A stretch of DNA of 60,478 nt, counting the filler, from Hausera hauseri (taxonomy: Eukaryota), in NCBI GenBank assembly GCA_046269625.1. It is 10 parts of 10 records of this genome, joined end to end, with 100 filler letters (N's around TTAATTAATTAA, not from the genome) between each part and the next. Parts side by side here need not be neighbours in the genome. Positions count along the whole stretch, not along the records: positions 19,780 to 26,964 come from JBJURY010032669.1; positions 27,065 to 32,024 come from JBJURY010377925.1; positions 32,125 to 36,491 come from JBJURY010614333.1; 7 more parts are not named here. The stretch is one strand, 5' to 3'. The notes below the pieces were generated by a model. It made no database searches. It was not told the origin of the DNA and worked only from the letters and a program-made list of their open reading frames with translations. Shown one piece after another: positions 25,401 through 36,591 of this stretch (the first letter of the stretch is position 1; each line of letters starts with the position of its first letter). A program made the position numbers and the translations under genes.

Positions 25401-25959
25401 GCCCTAATGTTTTTCTTGATCTGCTTGATATGTTTTAGTGTATTGAATTTAAAAATGAAAATTGAAAATGTGGAGTGGCTGGTGCCAGGGGCCTGACGTA
25501 ATGTACCCAATCTGTGTGACTCGCTACCCATGCTCACGGGGTGAAAAGTGGATACCGCGGTCCCGCCACGATGATGTCGAACTGCGGGGTATACTTTTTA
25601 AGAGTAATGTGTTAAAGGCATCATCGCCAATATTAAATAGTTTTGGACGGAATCCTGTATTTACGACACTTATGAATGATATGTTTCATGGGGTTTTGTT
25701 TTACTTCTATCAGATTGTAGAGGTGTAAAACGGGTTGAGCTCGATTTGAAATAGAATTTGACGACATCTGCATTGTGGGTGATTTTCAATGCCATGTCAT
25801 AAAGGTCAAAAAAATGGGAATGCTGAAGAGCTGTTTGTTTGTCTAGTGCTTCTGTTGGGGTTATGGATAGCAATACTCCGAACATAATTCAAGAGTTCAT
25901 AATTCAAAACGCTATGATTTTGGCGATCCACCAAACGGTTTTATTGTTTCTTGGAGAAA

Positions 25960-26500
25960 ACAAATTTTTGAGAGATGAAGAAAATGCAGGCAATATTATG
26001 TGAGAACTCGTAACTTATGGTTCGTACTGAGTGGAGTCATTTTGAAAGCACTTGTTATTTCAAATAGTTTGCCATAAAAATCGAAGTGTTATTCGATATC
26101 TTTCTCAGATGATCCAAAAAGAATTTCAATGTCTTTCCAATGAGAATAATGAAATTCGTCAACTATGATTATTCCACTGTTAAAGTCGTCCCAATTCCGA
26201 AACACTTTAATGACGTCTGTTGGCAGCGTGCGAATCCCCCCGTAGCAAGATGAAGACTATAAAGAGGAAAAATAAATGGAAATTATAGTAGAAAAAAGAA
26301 CTTGTACCTATTTGGTTTTGGAATATTGGAATATTCGGTTGATGGAATATTGCTAGTCGATGAATTTAAAATGAACCCAGTGGCACTTGAATTATATTTC
26401 GATATAACTGACGTTTTGAGAGTATTTCTAATATTTGAAATAAATTTTATGGCTTTCAATTTCAATATCAAAATACACATAATTTCCACTGTTAACATGA
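25960..26500 (-). pseudogene. Intron-containing host gene remnant with an EF-hand-like motif
   Basis: GT-AG intron ~26257-26307, then VIKVFRNWDDFNSGIIIVDEF (D..NSG.I...E loop); stops downstream. Confidence 0.35.
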
Positions 26501-26964
26501 TTGCCAGACATGTAATTTATTTCCAAGACAGTAACTTGTTTTGTCAATGGAAAAGATCGAAATGTATTGGCAATCGGTGGAAAAATATCATGGATGCTAT
26601 GTAGATGGGGCTGTAACAAAATATTTAAAGTTTTATTGGCCAATTTGTGCAGCTGACGTAAAACTTTTTAAGCCTTTTTTCTCACCGAATCATTTTCCGA
26701 AAGAAAAGGATGAACAGCATAGTTGGAAACGGAATCGACCTATTTTTTAAAAAGCCCTCGAAACCCATCGGAGTTCACAACAACGAGAGGAACTTTCACA
26801 AATTGATAAATATCATACCCGAGCACGCAATTTTTGAGGCTGTAGCGAACAAGTAAAAATTAGTAGAGTAACACAATCGCCCCATACAGCAAACCTTGAT
26901 GAATGGTAAAATTGTTGAACAATTTTTTTTAGCAAAATTCCGAAATATTAGTTAATTTGAATAG

Positions 26965-27064
26965 NNNNNNNNNNNNNNNNNNNNNNNNNNNNNNNNNNNN
27001 NNNNNNNNTTAATTAATTAANNNNNNNNNNNNNNNNNNNNNNNNNNNNNNNNNNNNNNNNNNNN
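26965..27064. other. Artificial contig linker
   Basis: 44N-TTAATTAATTAA-44N. Confidence 0.99.
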
Positions 27065-29420
27065 TTCGCGGTTCAAATCTCCAGCGACGCAGTATTTGTG
27101 ACCATATCGTCGTAAGTGTTTCCGTAACTGATGACCCTTGGCTGCTACGTTGGTCTCTGTGAACTCGACAATTTGTTGTATAACCCGATCTTGTATTTGT
27201 TCCACAGCAATTTTCAGTGCCTTATCCAGTGTGAGGATCCGTTGTCTCTCTACTAAGTTTTCAAGGGCAGCTCTTCTCATTACTGTAACTGCGCTTGTTT
27301 TCGTTTTACGTCTCGATAATGCATCAGCGTCGACATGTTTACTTCCGGGCTTGTATTGGAACTCGATATTATATCGCGATATCTCCTCAATCCATCTGTT
27401 GAGTCTACAAGTTGGATTATTCCCTCTACCTTTCAAAGTCGTAACTGCCTTATGATCCGTAACGATTACGATCTTTTGTCCGTAGACATACATTAAAATG
27501 CCGCGGTGCTTCTTTAACCGCCAGTGTTTCTAGTTTCGTAACAGAATAGTTCTTTTCTGCTTTCTTCAGAGAACGTCCCCCGTATGCAATCGGATGTTCC
27601 AACTCTTCGTATTCTCGTTTTTGGGCCAGCTCATAGCCAATACATTCCTTGCTGGCGTCTGTTTTGATGATGAACGGCGGGTTAAAATCGGGATATCTTA
27701 AAACAGGTTCGCTAGTTAGAATTTTCTTCATTTCATCAAAGGCCTTTTGTTCAACATCGTTCCATTTCCATTTAATCCCTTTCTTTAATAAGCGATATAA
27801 GGGTGCTTTTATCTTTGATTTATCCGGTACATAAGTGGCATAATATTCACACAATCCCAATCAGTGTCTCAATTCTTTCTGATTCTGGGGTTCCATACAA
27901 TCCGATATTTTACTTAATAATGATTTATCCGGTTTTGATCCTCCTTCTCCAACTATATATCCAAGGTATGATACGGCATTTTGAGCCCATTTGCATTTCT
28001 TGGGATTCATCTTTAATCCAGCCTGCTCTAATCTCATGAGCGTACCTTCGATATCTTTTAAGTGATCCTCTTCCGTTTTCGAGGCAATCGTGACATCGTC
28101 CAAATAGGCGAATGCGTGTTCTAGTCCCATCAGCATCTTATTCATCATACGGGTAAAGATGGATGGTCCGGTAGTGATTCCAAATGGCATAACATTAAAT
28201 TCATATATACCGTCATATGTCTTAAATACCGTTTTGTAACGATCTTCTTCCTCTATCTCTGCTTGCCAATATCCAGATTGTAAATCGAGCGTAGTAAACC
28301 ATTTCGCTCCCGAAAGTCTGTCTAAAGCTTCCTTTACTGATAGTAATGGAAAAGAGTCTTTCATCATCAGTTTGTTTAACGCTCGGTAATCGATACAAAA
28401 GCGGTGCTTACTGGTGCCTTTATTCTTAACCATTAGTATAGGTGAATACCAAGATCGATAGCTTGGTCTAATTATATCAGCCTTTAACATTCGTTCGACT
28501 TCCTTAGTTATCTATGGCCTTAGTGAGAGTGGAGGAGCATACCATTTTGGCATCTTTTGATCCTCTAAGTCTATTTCATCGTTAAGTCCAGGCTTTTTCT
28601 TAAGCGGAATCGTAAGTCTTAAGGCTTTAGCTCGGCCAATGTCTTCTTCATCTTTCGCAATAATTGAGCTATAGCGAGAAAGTAGTTCATAGAACTGGCA
28701 ATATGCTTCTGGCGAAAATTTTATCTCAACGTGGGGCGGAAATTCGCCACCATTATACGGTTTTTCCTCAATGATAATTGATGATACTCTATACGTATGT
28801 CCCAAAGTAGTATTGGCCTAAGGTTTGATCGGAGTGTATGCGTTATTCGCTATCCTAATTGGTACACGACCTGCTGATACTCTCGTTAAAACGTTGCTGA
28901 GTATAAGATTCGGATTAAGCGATTCGTTCAGCTCGAAATATACTGGTTGATCGTCATCTTGTCGTATTTGAGCTTAAATTAATAATTCGGTTCTGGTTGG
29001 TATATTTTCGTCTATCGGAATCCATACTTCTCCTAATTTTCTATCTTTAGTGGTTTTAACGCCTTTTATTGGACCAAGTTCTATTAATTTACATGCATTC
29101 AAATCGATTGCTATATTGGGCAATTGCCTCAATAAATCACATCCTAACACTACATCATCCGTTAATTGTTCAATTACGGAGAATCCGTGATGAAGAGACT
29201 GTCCCATTATATGGACTTCTGGTTTCCAACGGAATTTACTTTTTGATGATTGTCCGAAAGCTCCAGTGCTACCTGAGTCAGTCGTGGGAGGTGGATACAA
29301 TTGTTTTCGTAAAAACTGTGGTATCGAATCATATTTTATTAACGATATTTCGGATCCTGTATCTATTAGTGCATAGACTTCGCAGTCTTCCAGCTGAATT
29401 TTTGCGAAGGGCCTCCCTTC
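27065..29420 (-). pseudogene. pol: pol: retropepsin, RT, RNase H
   Basis: ALIDTGSEISLI (29355-29363), VVLGCDLL; RFCIDYRALN, LDLQSGYWQ, MPFG, AYLDDV (~28100); KTDAS, PIAY, EKNYSVTKLE, TDHKA, HVDADALSR. Confidence 0.93.
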
Positions 29421-30109
29421 GATTATCGTACCGTAATAGTTCGATTCTTTATGGGGCTGTCGGACCATAGATACTTTATAACCGTTTATAGTGACTTCAG
29501 TAGTTCCAACCGGCTGGTCTACTAATTGTCTCAATTCTCCCATAGGGTATAGTTCGTTATTCGTACCGTTCGCATTTTTTACTTCTTGGCTTCTAACTGG
29601 CGGCTGAACATCTTGATTTCGGAAATTGCGCGTCTCACAACTTCTGGTAAATATTGACTGCATTTCATTTGGTTTAGGCACTCTAGGCGAGTAAATTATA
29701 CCATGGTCGTCCCTTGCTGGACGACGATGTAGAGCAGACGTCTTTTCCGTTTCACGGATCTTACGCAATATCCCGTAGCGTTTGGTTCCTTCGTAAGGAT
29801 CTTCTAGATTGAATGGCTTTCGATAGAGGTCTGTCTGGCATGAACTTATAGATTGCTTCTCGCAATATTCATATATAGGTGCCATTAGCGGCAGTATCGG
29901 CAATGGTAGTTTCATAACAGAGTAATTTTTGTGCCTCTTTGGCCTGAAAATGACGTCTCCTCCCTTAGGCTCGTCATCATCAGAATTATGTCTTCGCGTC
30001 TTACTCTCTATAACTTTTCGCCTGTAATTAAATAGGCGTCTTTTGCGTTTTTGATTATGGTAACCAACGTGTCGTTCTACCTCTGATTTCCATTTATTTT
30101 CTTCATAAG

Positions 30110-31940
30110 CCTTTAGGAATTTACCAAAAGGAGTAATAAGGGCTGTTAGAATTTTGCATGAAAATCCCGTCAATGTAAATATCTTGTATCAATTTATAAC
30201 CGCTTGAATTATCGCTTTTATCAGTTGAATCAAGAAGTATATTGCTAGAAATCCTGAGGCGGCTTGTCCGAATATCGGGAATATTCCCTAAATTTTATAT
30301 GGTATTTCTGTGGTTATCTTTTTGTAATAGCTCACACCAAGTAATGACTCCCATTTTGCTTGGTAGCGTGAATCCTCTAGTATAGTATGCATCGCTCTAT
30401 TCAATTCATATGTGCGCTGACGACGAAAAGCGAGAAATTGTCTAAACGCCTCTACTTCTTTTGGTCGGTAAATACCTTTTGCTGCTGTATCTTGAAATTT
30501 ATCATCAGTTATTCCTTTTACTAAATTTGTACCTGTTAGCTTGGTAGGTGGTGCAGTAATACCACCATTGGGTAAACTTACCCAGTCGGTTTCACTGCGT
30601 CTAAACATCGGTTCTCCTAGACTAGTTTTACAGTCTCTTAAAATGGTTGGTTGAGTGGCATTCGTCAACAATACTCTGGTAATTGGTGTTGCTAACCTTG
30701 GTATGTCTTGATATATTACCGGAAGCTCTTACACACACCTCTTTTCTTTTACATTAATCGGTACGTCTTTCTTTTCGCATTCATATGTCAATAACACCTC
30801 TCCGGTTACTCGTCCAAAAACACCTTCTTTCATCTGAATTGTTGGTGGTGCCAACTCAGGGTTTGCGTATATTAGAGCTAATTAGTTCTCATGATTTCCA
30901 GATCCAGTTTACAATCGTTTGTTATCATTTTACGGTACAATTCGGCTATTCCGGCTTGTCCCTTATAATAGAAATAATCGTCTCTGTTCTTCAAATAGTC
31001 TTCGATTCGAATGTCCTAAATCTCGAGTTTGAGCGTTCTGGCGTTTATTTCGGTCTCGGCTATAAAAAATGCTTCGTAGTTGGTGGCATACATTACAACG
31101 TCGCATCTAGAGAGCATGTCTTTCTTTATAAATTCTAATCCATGATCATCAAAAAGAAGTATTGTAGGTGTGGATTGTTCGGCTACGTCTTCTCGTGTTT
31201 TAGAGTTGGTTTCCGTACTAGTTATGTACCGTTTTCCCGTGGTCTCGTTGAATTTCAGTTCTTTAATTCTAATAAAATTACAATCAGTCTTGGCTGGAGG
31301 TTCCCAAATTACTACGGCATTCCGGAATGGGCATGTGCCATCCTGGATATTACATTTGTGGTTCTCGGTGTAAAGCTTAGTAACACAATGGAACATCACT
31401 TTCTGCATACGCATTTCGGTTTCATAAAAGTCTACCACTACTACGTTCGGCTCTAATCCTTTCCGGTATCATATTCTACGCCTTGGCAATGTCCCGTGTG
31501 CATGTCTAGCCTTCCAGCCGCTACTTTGTATTCTCTGACTATCTTCCCTTTCTGTATCTCTAGTTCCATTCCATCCCATTTCACTCTTTCCGTCTCTATT
31601 GCTTGCTTACAATGTTGTCGTTCTAAATTCATAGGAATTGGTGGAGTCGTCGGTTTGATTATTGATAAGTGTCCGTGTGTCAGCGCACAATGGAAAATGC
31701 TGCGAGATCGTCGCAACATACATTCTACCCCATCTAATGCAATTAGTTCACGTTGTTGATATAATACGTAATTGTTTTCTTTTGTTTATAATTTGTGCGG
31801 TCTCGCGTCTTCACACGTTTCTAAGTCCATTAGTGAGTACTTTTGTCCGAGTCTAAATTTGTCACAATCATATACAGTGACGGCGCCTATCTGTCTTATC
31901 AGCATCATAATGGTCAAGAGGTTGATTAGCCATTTCGATT
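30110..31940 (-). pseudogene. env: Chuvirus/herpes-gB-like (class III-type) envelope glycoprotein
   Basis: Hydrophobic leader KWLINLLTIMMLIRQIGA|VTVYDC, SLMDLETC, RSIFHC..GHLS, AAG...CQGVEY, CNIQDGTC..VIWE...C, RCDVVMYATNYEAFFI, TRVL..C..PMF..W, AKGIY, then FGQAASGFLAIYFLIQLIK TM; this Cys/motif order matches my recollection of chuvirus-type glycoproteins. Confidence 0.75.
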
Positions 31941-32024
31941 CGTTTCTTCTGCGGTTTCCGGCTACGTTTCGTAGCAGGTCACCGAGTCTGTTGTTGTCGA
32001 AGAAAAATTCTCCTTTATGTTCTT

Positions 32025-32124
32025 NNNNNNNNNNNNNNNNNNNNNNNNNNNNNNNNNNNNNNNNNNNNTTAATTAATTAANNNNNNNNNNNNNNNNNNNN
32101 NNNNNNNNNNNNNNNNNNNNNNNN
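32025..32124. other. Artificial contig linker
   Basis: 44N-TTAATTAATTAA-44N. Confidence 0.99.
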
Positions 32125-32127
32125 TTG

Positions 32128-32230
32128 GAGTGCATAGTTAGAGTAGTGGCTAGACTGCTTGGCTTACTGTTGTGGCAAGGCGATGGCGCCGTTTCAGTGT
32201 TACGGGTTCGATTCCCGGGTTGACCAATTT
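32128..32230 (+). mobile_element. tRNA-derived SINE-like head (Pol III A and B boxes)
   Basis: A-box-like TAGAGTAGTGG 32139-32149, B-box GGTTCGATTCC 32205-32215; no convincing cloverleaf. Confidence 0.5.
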
Positions 32231-34229
32231 CCTCTCTGTTTTTTTCTGTTGTCTGGTTTGTTCTTATCGAGTGCGCTGGTCATACATTTATTTGTTTGTT
32301 TCTTTACGGCATACTCTGTATACATTTGTCTCAAGTTTTTTTCTTTACTCCCTAGTCTGTATTAATAAAGTCGAACTTTCCTGTAGCTTTATTAGTCATT
32401 GTACTTGCATGGGGTTTCACCATCATTCCCTGGACACATGATATACTTGTGTGCTTGCGATTTTTCTCTGGCAGGAGTTCTGTGTCAATATTTTCAGTTT
32501 CAATTCTCTCTACTTAGAGATGTCTTAAAGAGAATAAGGGGTGTACAGTCTTCCCAATATTTATGTTAATTTCCCATCTCTGGCAGAAATTAGTAGATTT
32601 TTCAGTTCATGTGCTTCATATTAATGGTTCTTGTGCTTTCTGAAGTTCCAAAGAATGATCAGCTAAAAAGGAAGTCTGTACATGCAAGTTGTCTGGAAAG
32701 TCATTTATGCAGATCAAAAATGGTATGTGGTCAAGTGCCAATTCCTAGGTACTTTGAAAAAATCTCCACAAATTTCTTTCAGCCTTAAATACGGTGATGT
32801 ATCATGTGTCCTTACGTGAACTCTACAGTCCTTCAAAGTGACAACCCACTCGACACTTTTCTCGACACAGAATGAATGGGGGGAAGGGGGGCGCGTGACC
32901 CACATCTGATCCGCTCGATAAACAAATCACGCAAACTGGCAATTAACGTCAAGCTTATGTCAACAGTGACGCCATTCTCCCACCACCAGGTTAATTTAGG
33001 TCAACGGATTGTTTACATAAGTAATCGTTAATTATCTTTGCACTTTTCTGTATTTCCCTCAATTGTTTTGTTAATAAATACAATCTAAGTGGAAATAAAC
33101 TCTCATCACCATCAAACTGATGGGCTTGTTTATTTTATTTAGGCGTTTGGGTGCCAAACAGAATGTTTTGTCATGTTATTGTCGGTTCACGTGTGGTATG
33201 CAAGTTCATGAATGAAAGCTGACAGCGTGAATAGCAAGGGGAAGGGTGGAGGCGATGGGGTGAAAGTACTTGTCAGTAACAAAGGCATGAGCCCTTAAAC
33301 ACGTGGGTCAGCCAAGCCATGGAATGTTTTATCCGATATCCCAGTGTCCTTTTTTTGTCTTTAAGCGATGGTTGGCTGTATTCGGTAAGTTTCATGTATC
33401 TTTCTGAGCCTTCCGTTCAGAAAGGAGAGTTCGCTCGCTTTACATTTTACGTGTTAGGAAAACAGATTTAACACATCAAAAAACCACTTCCGACCAACAG
33501 AGGGTATCAAGATTTAACATATTAAAAAAAAAACCCACTACCAACCAACTCTTATATCAAGAAGGATAAAAGAAATAAGAAAAAAAGATGGCTTTTGGAA
33601 CGGAAATCTACCAAATTAACGCCAACGAGTTTCAGGGTAAGCTTCATAAACCCAACACTATCATGATGACAGCATCCAGTCCCGGAGCATAAAGGATGAC
33701 AAGACATGACAGCAGTGTTATTAGGGCCTGCAGGAGTCGGGAGAAGAGTGTGTTTTCCTTCACACCGGCACAATCGGGTCATCGCCGCCTTTTCTCAGAG
33801 AATTTGGGCCGGTAACCGTTTTTGAGGATGTGGAGGTGTAGTAACATATAGATACGAGTGAGACATAAGACAGCGCACTAAGTAAAAACAAATACATAGA
33901 CACACATAACAACAAGAGACTGTGTTCACATACAAGTAATGTCCGAACATCCAACTCAGTACCAATCCTTAAGACAAAAACATACCCCTTGTCCATCAAC
34001 GTTATCATCAACGCCGTCACTGAAGTAACCCAGACAAACCTCGCCATCATTCCGGTTAATGGGCAGAGGATCACTAAAGTCCCAGTATAATGGTGGATCA
34101 TTTCTTGGAGGCAACTCATTGCACTACCGCCTGGGGGATTTCGGTCCACCTCCTAAACACCACTAAAGTATACTATGGAAGCACCGCACTGTCATTCACT
34201 ATTGAAGATTGATCATGACTAAAGGTAAT

Positions 34230-35020
34230 CGGTCACGGTCATCGCGCAGTATAAGGATTTTTAAAAGTGCAATATTATGAGATCTCAAAGTCGCTGTGCA
34301 CAGAAAATGGTACACATATGTGCCAAAATGGATGCCATTAATTTGTATCGCTTCCATTCTTTGCTACGTCTCTGCCCGACGCTTTTATAATGCAGAAACT
34401 ACTCGGGTTATGGTGACCCCGGACAGTTATCATGGCGACCTATTGCCGGTGCAGCACGGGTGAAAGTTTTTCAGCGGCAATATTACGAAGACTCGATGAA
34501 CGTGTTCATTGAAAATAACATAAACGATAAACAAAATGGATGCAAATACTTAATATCAACTAAAATCGCTGCTACTTTGGAGTAAAAGCTGTAAAAATGC
34601 AGGAAACACCCCGGTATTGCAACGCTTTTGAAGACGTATGATAGTAGTGTTTAAATTTAGAAACGGTACGGTCAAGGTCGTCGCGCAGGATAAGGATTTT
34701 TAAAACTGCAATATTATGAGATCTCGACGTCGGTGTGAACAGAAAATGGTACACATTTGTGCCTAAATGGATGCCATTCATTTGTATCGCTTCCATTCTT
34801 TGCTAGGTGTCTGCCTAACGCTTTTATAATGCAGAAACTACTCGGGTTATGGTGACCCCGGACAGTTATCATGGCGGCCTATGGCCGGTCCAGCACGGGT
34901 AAAACATTTTCAGCGGCAATATTACGAAGACTTAATGAACGTGTTAATTAAAAATAACATAAATGAAAAACAAAATGGATGTAAATATGTAATATCAATT
35001 AAAACCGCTGCTACTTTTAT
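34230..35020. repeat. Diverged direct tandem duplication, period ~439 bp
   Basis: 34230-34580 aligns with 34669-35017, e.g. GCTTTTATAATGCAGAAACTACTCGGGTTATGGTGACCCCGGACAGTTATCATGGCG in both. Confidence 0.9.
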
Positions 35021-36149
35021 GCCGCAACTGTAAGAATGAGGAAAGATGCAAGAGACGTTGATATTCATCATGAGTGATTAAAATAACATAGAAATGATAA
35101 GGAAAGTTTTGGGTCAAATAAACGTGTAACCATGAGTTTCCTGAAATTACCCATACTTGCAGCACATGATTTATGAGGCTCTGTATGCATTGTCATTATA
35201 AATCTAAACGCGTTCCAGGCGAGCTCTAGTAAGAAACAAGTGAAACAGGAGAAATTGCTGTATTTTCACATATACCCTCCTCGTTAGAGCCTCGGTACAA
35301 ATTCTGCCTGCTGAGTTCACGCCAACCAACAGCGTGCCATGAAAAGCCCATATCTTCTGTGTAGACAGCACACGGGAACTAGATCCCAAACCGTTTGGTG
35401 TGCGACGTAGTGGCGGTGAATGAACTAGCGTGTAACGGACGATAGCACCAACCAATTATCTGGCGAGAGTGGCCGTTACCCAACACACTTCCGGATTCAA
35501 AGATGGCGGATTATGTTGAAGTGCCTACCTCCTGTTGTTATACTCTATTCTGAGTTTTCTGTTGCTTGATAAATATATTAATATCTATATTTCCTAATTG
35601 TCCTTCCTTATTCATTTTGTTCCTACAGATGATCCAGATAAACTAGACAAATCTAGATTTGAACAGTGTCTATTGTTTCTTATCCTCATGATGTCTTTTT
35701 GTATTTTTCATAAAGTTTGCAGCATTTTTTGTTGTTGTTGTTTTTAGGTGTCTCGTGAAAATGTCTTTACCAATATGTATAACTTTTTTTTTTTTAAATG
35801 CCATTATTTGTTATAAACAATTTAACCTCAGTTTTGCAAATACCAGTTATATACCAGTTACACCGAGGTTTCTTTCAGTTTGGTAAAACAAAAGTATTCA
35901 TTTAAAGTTTTCAATGTAGCAGGGATTACATAGTAAAACCAACCAGTTCAGTCCACAGTGTAGACAAAATACAAGAACCTGGTTGGAAAGGGTACAATTC
36001 TGGTTAGTCACAATCATACAACGCTAGTGCAGTTCGCATGGATTGACATATGAAATTTGGTGTTTGCCATCTTATAAACTTTGGTGAGACAAGAAAAGAA
36101 ACCTGAATTGTATTTAAAGGCCTGCGCCTTTAAATAATAATGCGCAGCA

Positions 36150-36485
36150 TCTTTCTTCTCTCTCATTTCATTCTTTTTTTTAACATTACAAACCTTTCTT
36201 CTCTCTCATTTCATTCTTTTTTTTAACATTACAAACCTTTCTTCTCTCTCATTTCATTTTTTTTTTTTAACATTACAAATCTTACTTCTCTCTACTTTCA
36301 TTTTTTTTTTTTAACATTACAAATATTCTTCTCTCTCATTTCATTCTTTTTTTAACATTACAAATCTTTCTTCTCTCTCATTTCATTTTTTTTAACATTA
36401 CAAATCTTTCTTCTCTCATTTCATTCTTTTTTTAACATTACAAATCTTTCTTCTCTCATTTCATTCTTTTTTTAACATTACAAAA
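36150..36485. repeat. Pyrimidine-rich minisatellite, ~41-46-bp unit, about 8 copies
   Basis: (TTTCTTCTCTCTCATTTCATTC-Tn-AACATTACAAAYC)n with no unique spacers. Confidence 0.95.
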
Positions 36486-36491
36486 CCGGAA

Positions 36492-36591
36492 NNNNNNNNN
36501 NNNNNNNNNNNNNNNNNNNNNNNNNNNNNNNNNNNTTAATTAATTAANNNNNNNNNNNNNNNNNNNNNNNNNNNNNNNNNNNNNNNNNNNN
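36492..36591. other. Artificial contig linker
   Basis: 44N-TTAATTAATTAA-44N. Confidence 0.99.

Larger units (their letters stand above)
27065..32024 (-). mobile_element. Envelope-bearing Ty3/gypsy-type retroelement with order env-pro-RT-RNaseH
   Basis: Whole contig is one decayed polyprotein; see the component features. Confidence 0.85.

Noticed and set aside
26150-26200. WDDFNSGIIIVDEF as a circovirus Rep Walker B region
   Set aside because: No Walker A or HUH motifs nearby; fits an EF-hand loop better
32128-32230. tRNA gene
   Set aside because: A and B boxes are present but no acceptor or anticodon stems could be built; SINE-like instead
33706-33745. AVLLGPAGVGRR P-loop-like peptide
   Set aside because: Short isolated frame with no supporting NTPase motifs
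36150-36485. CRISPR-like array
   Set aside because: Head-to-tail low-complexity units without unique spacers; eukaryotic context; no cas genes
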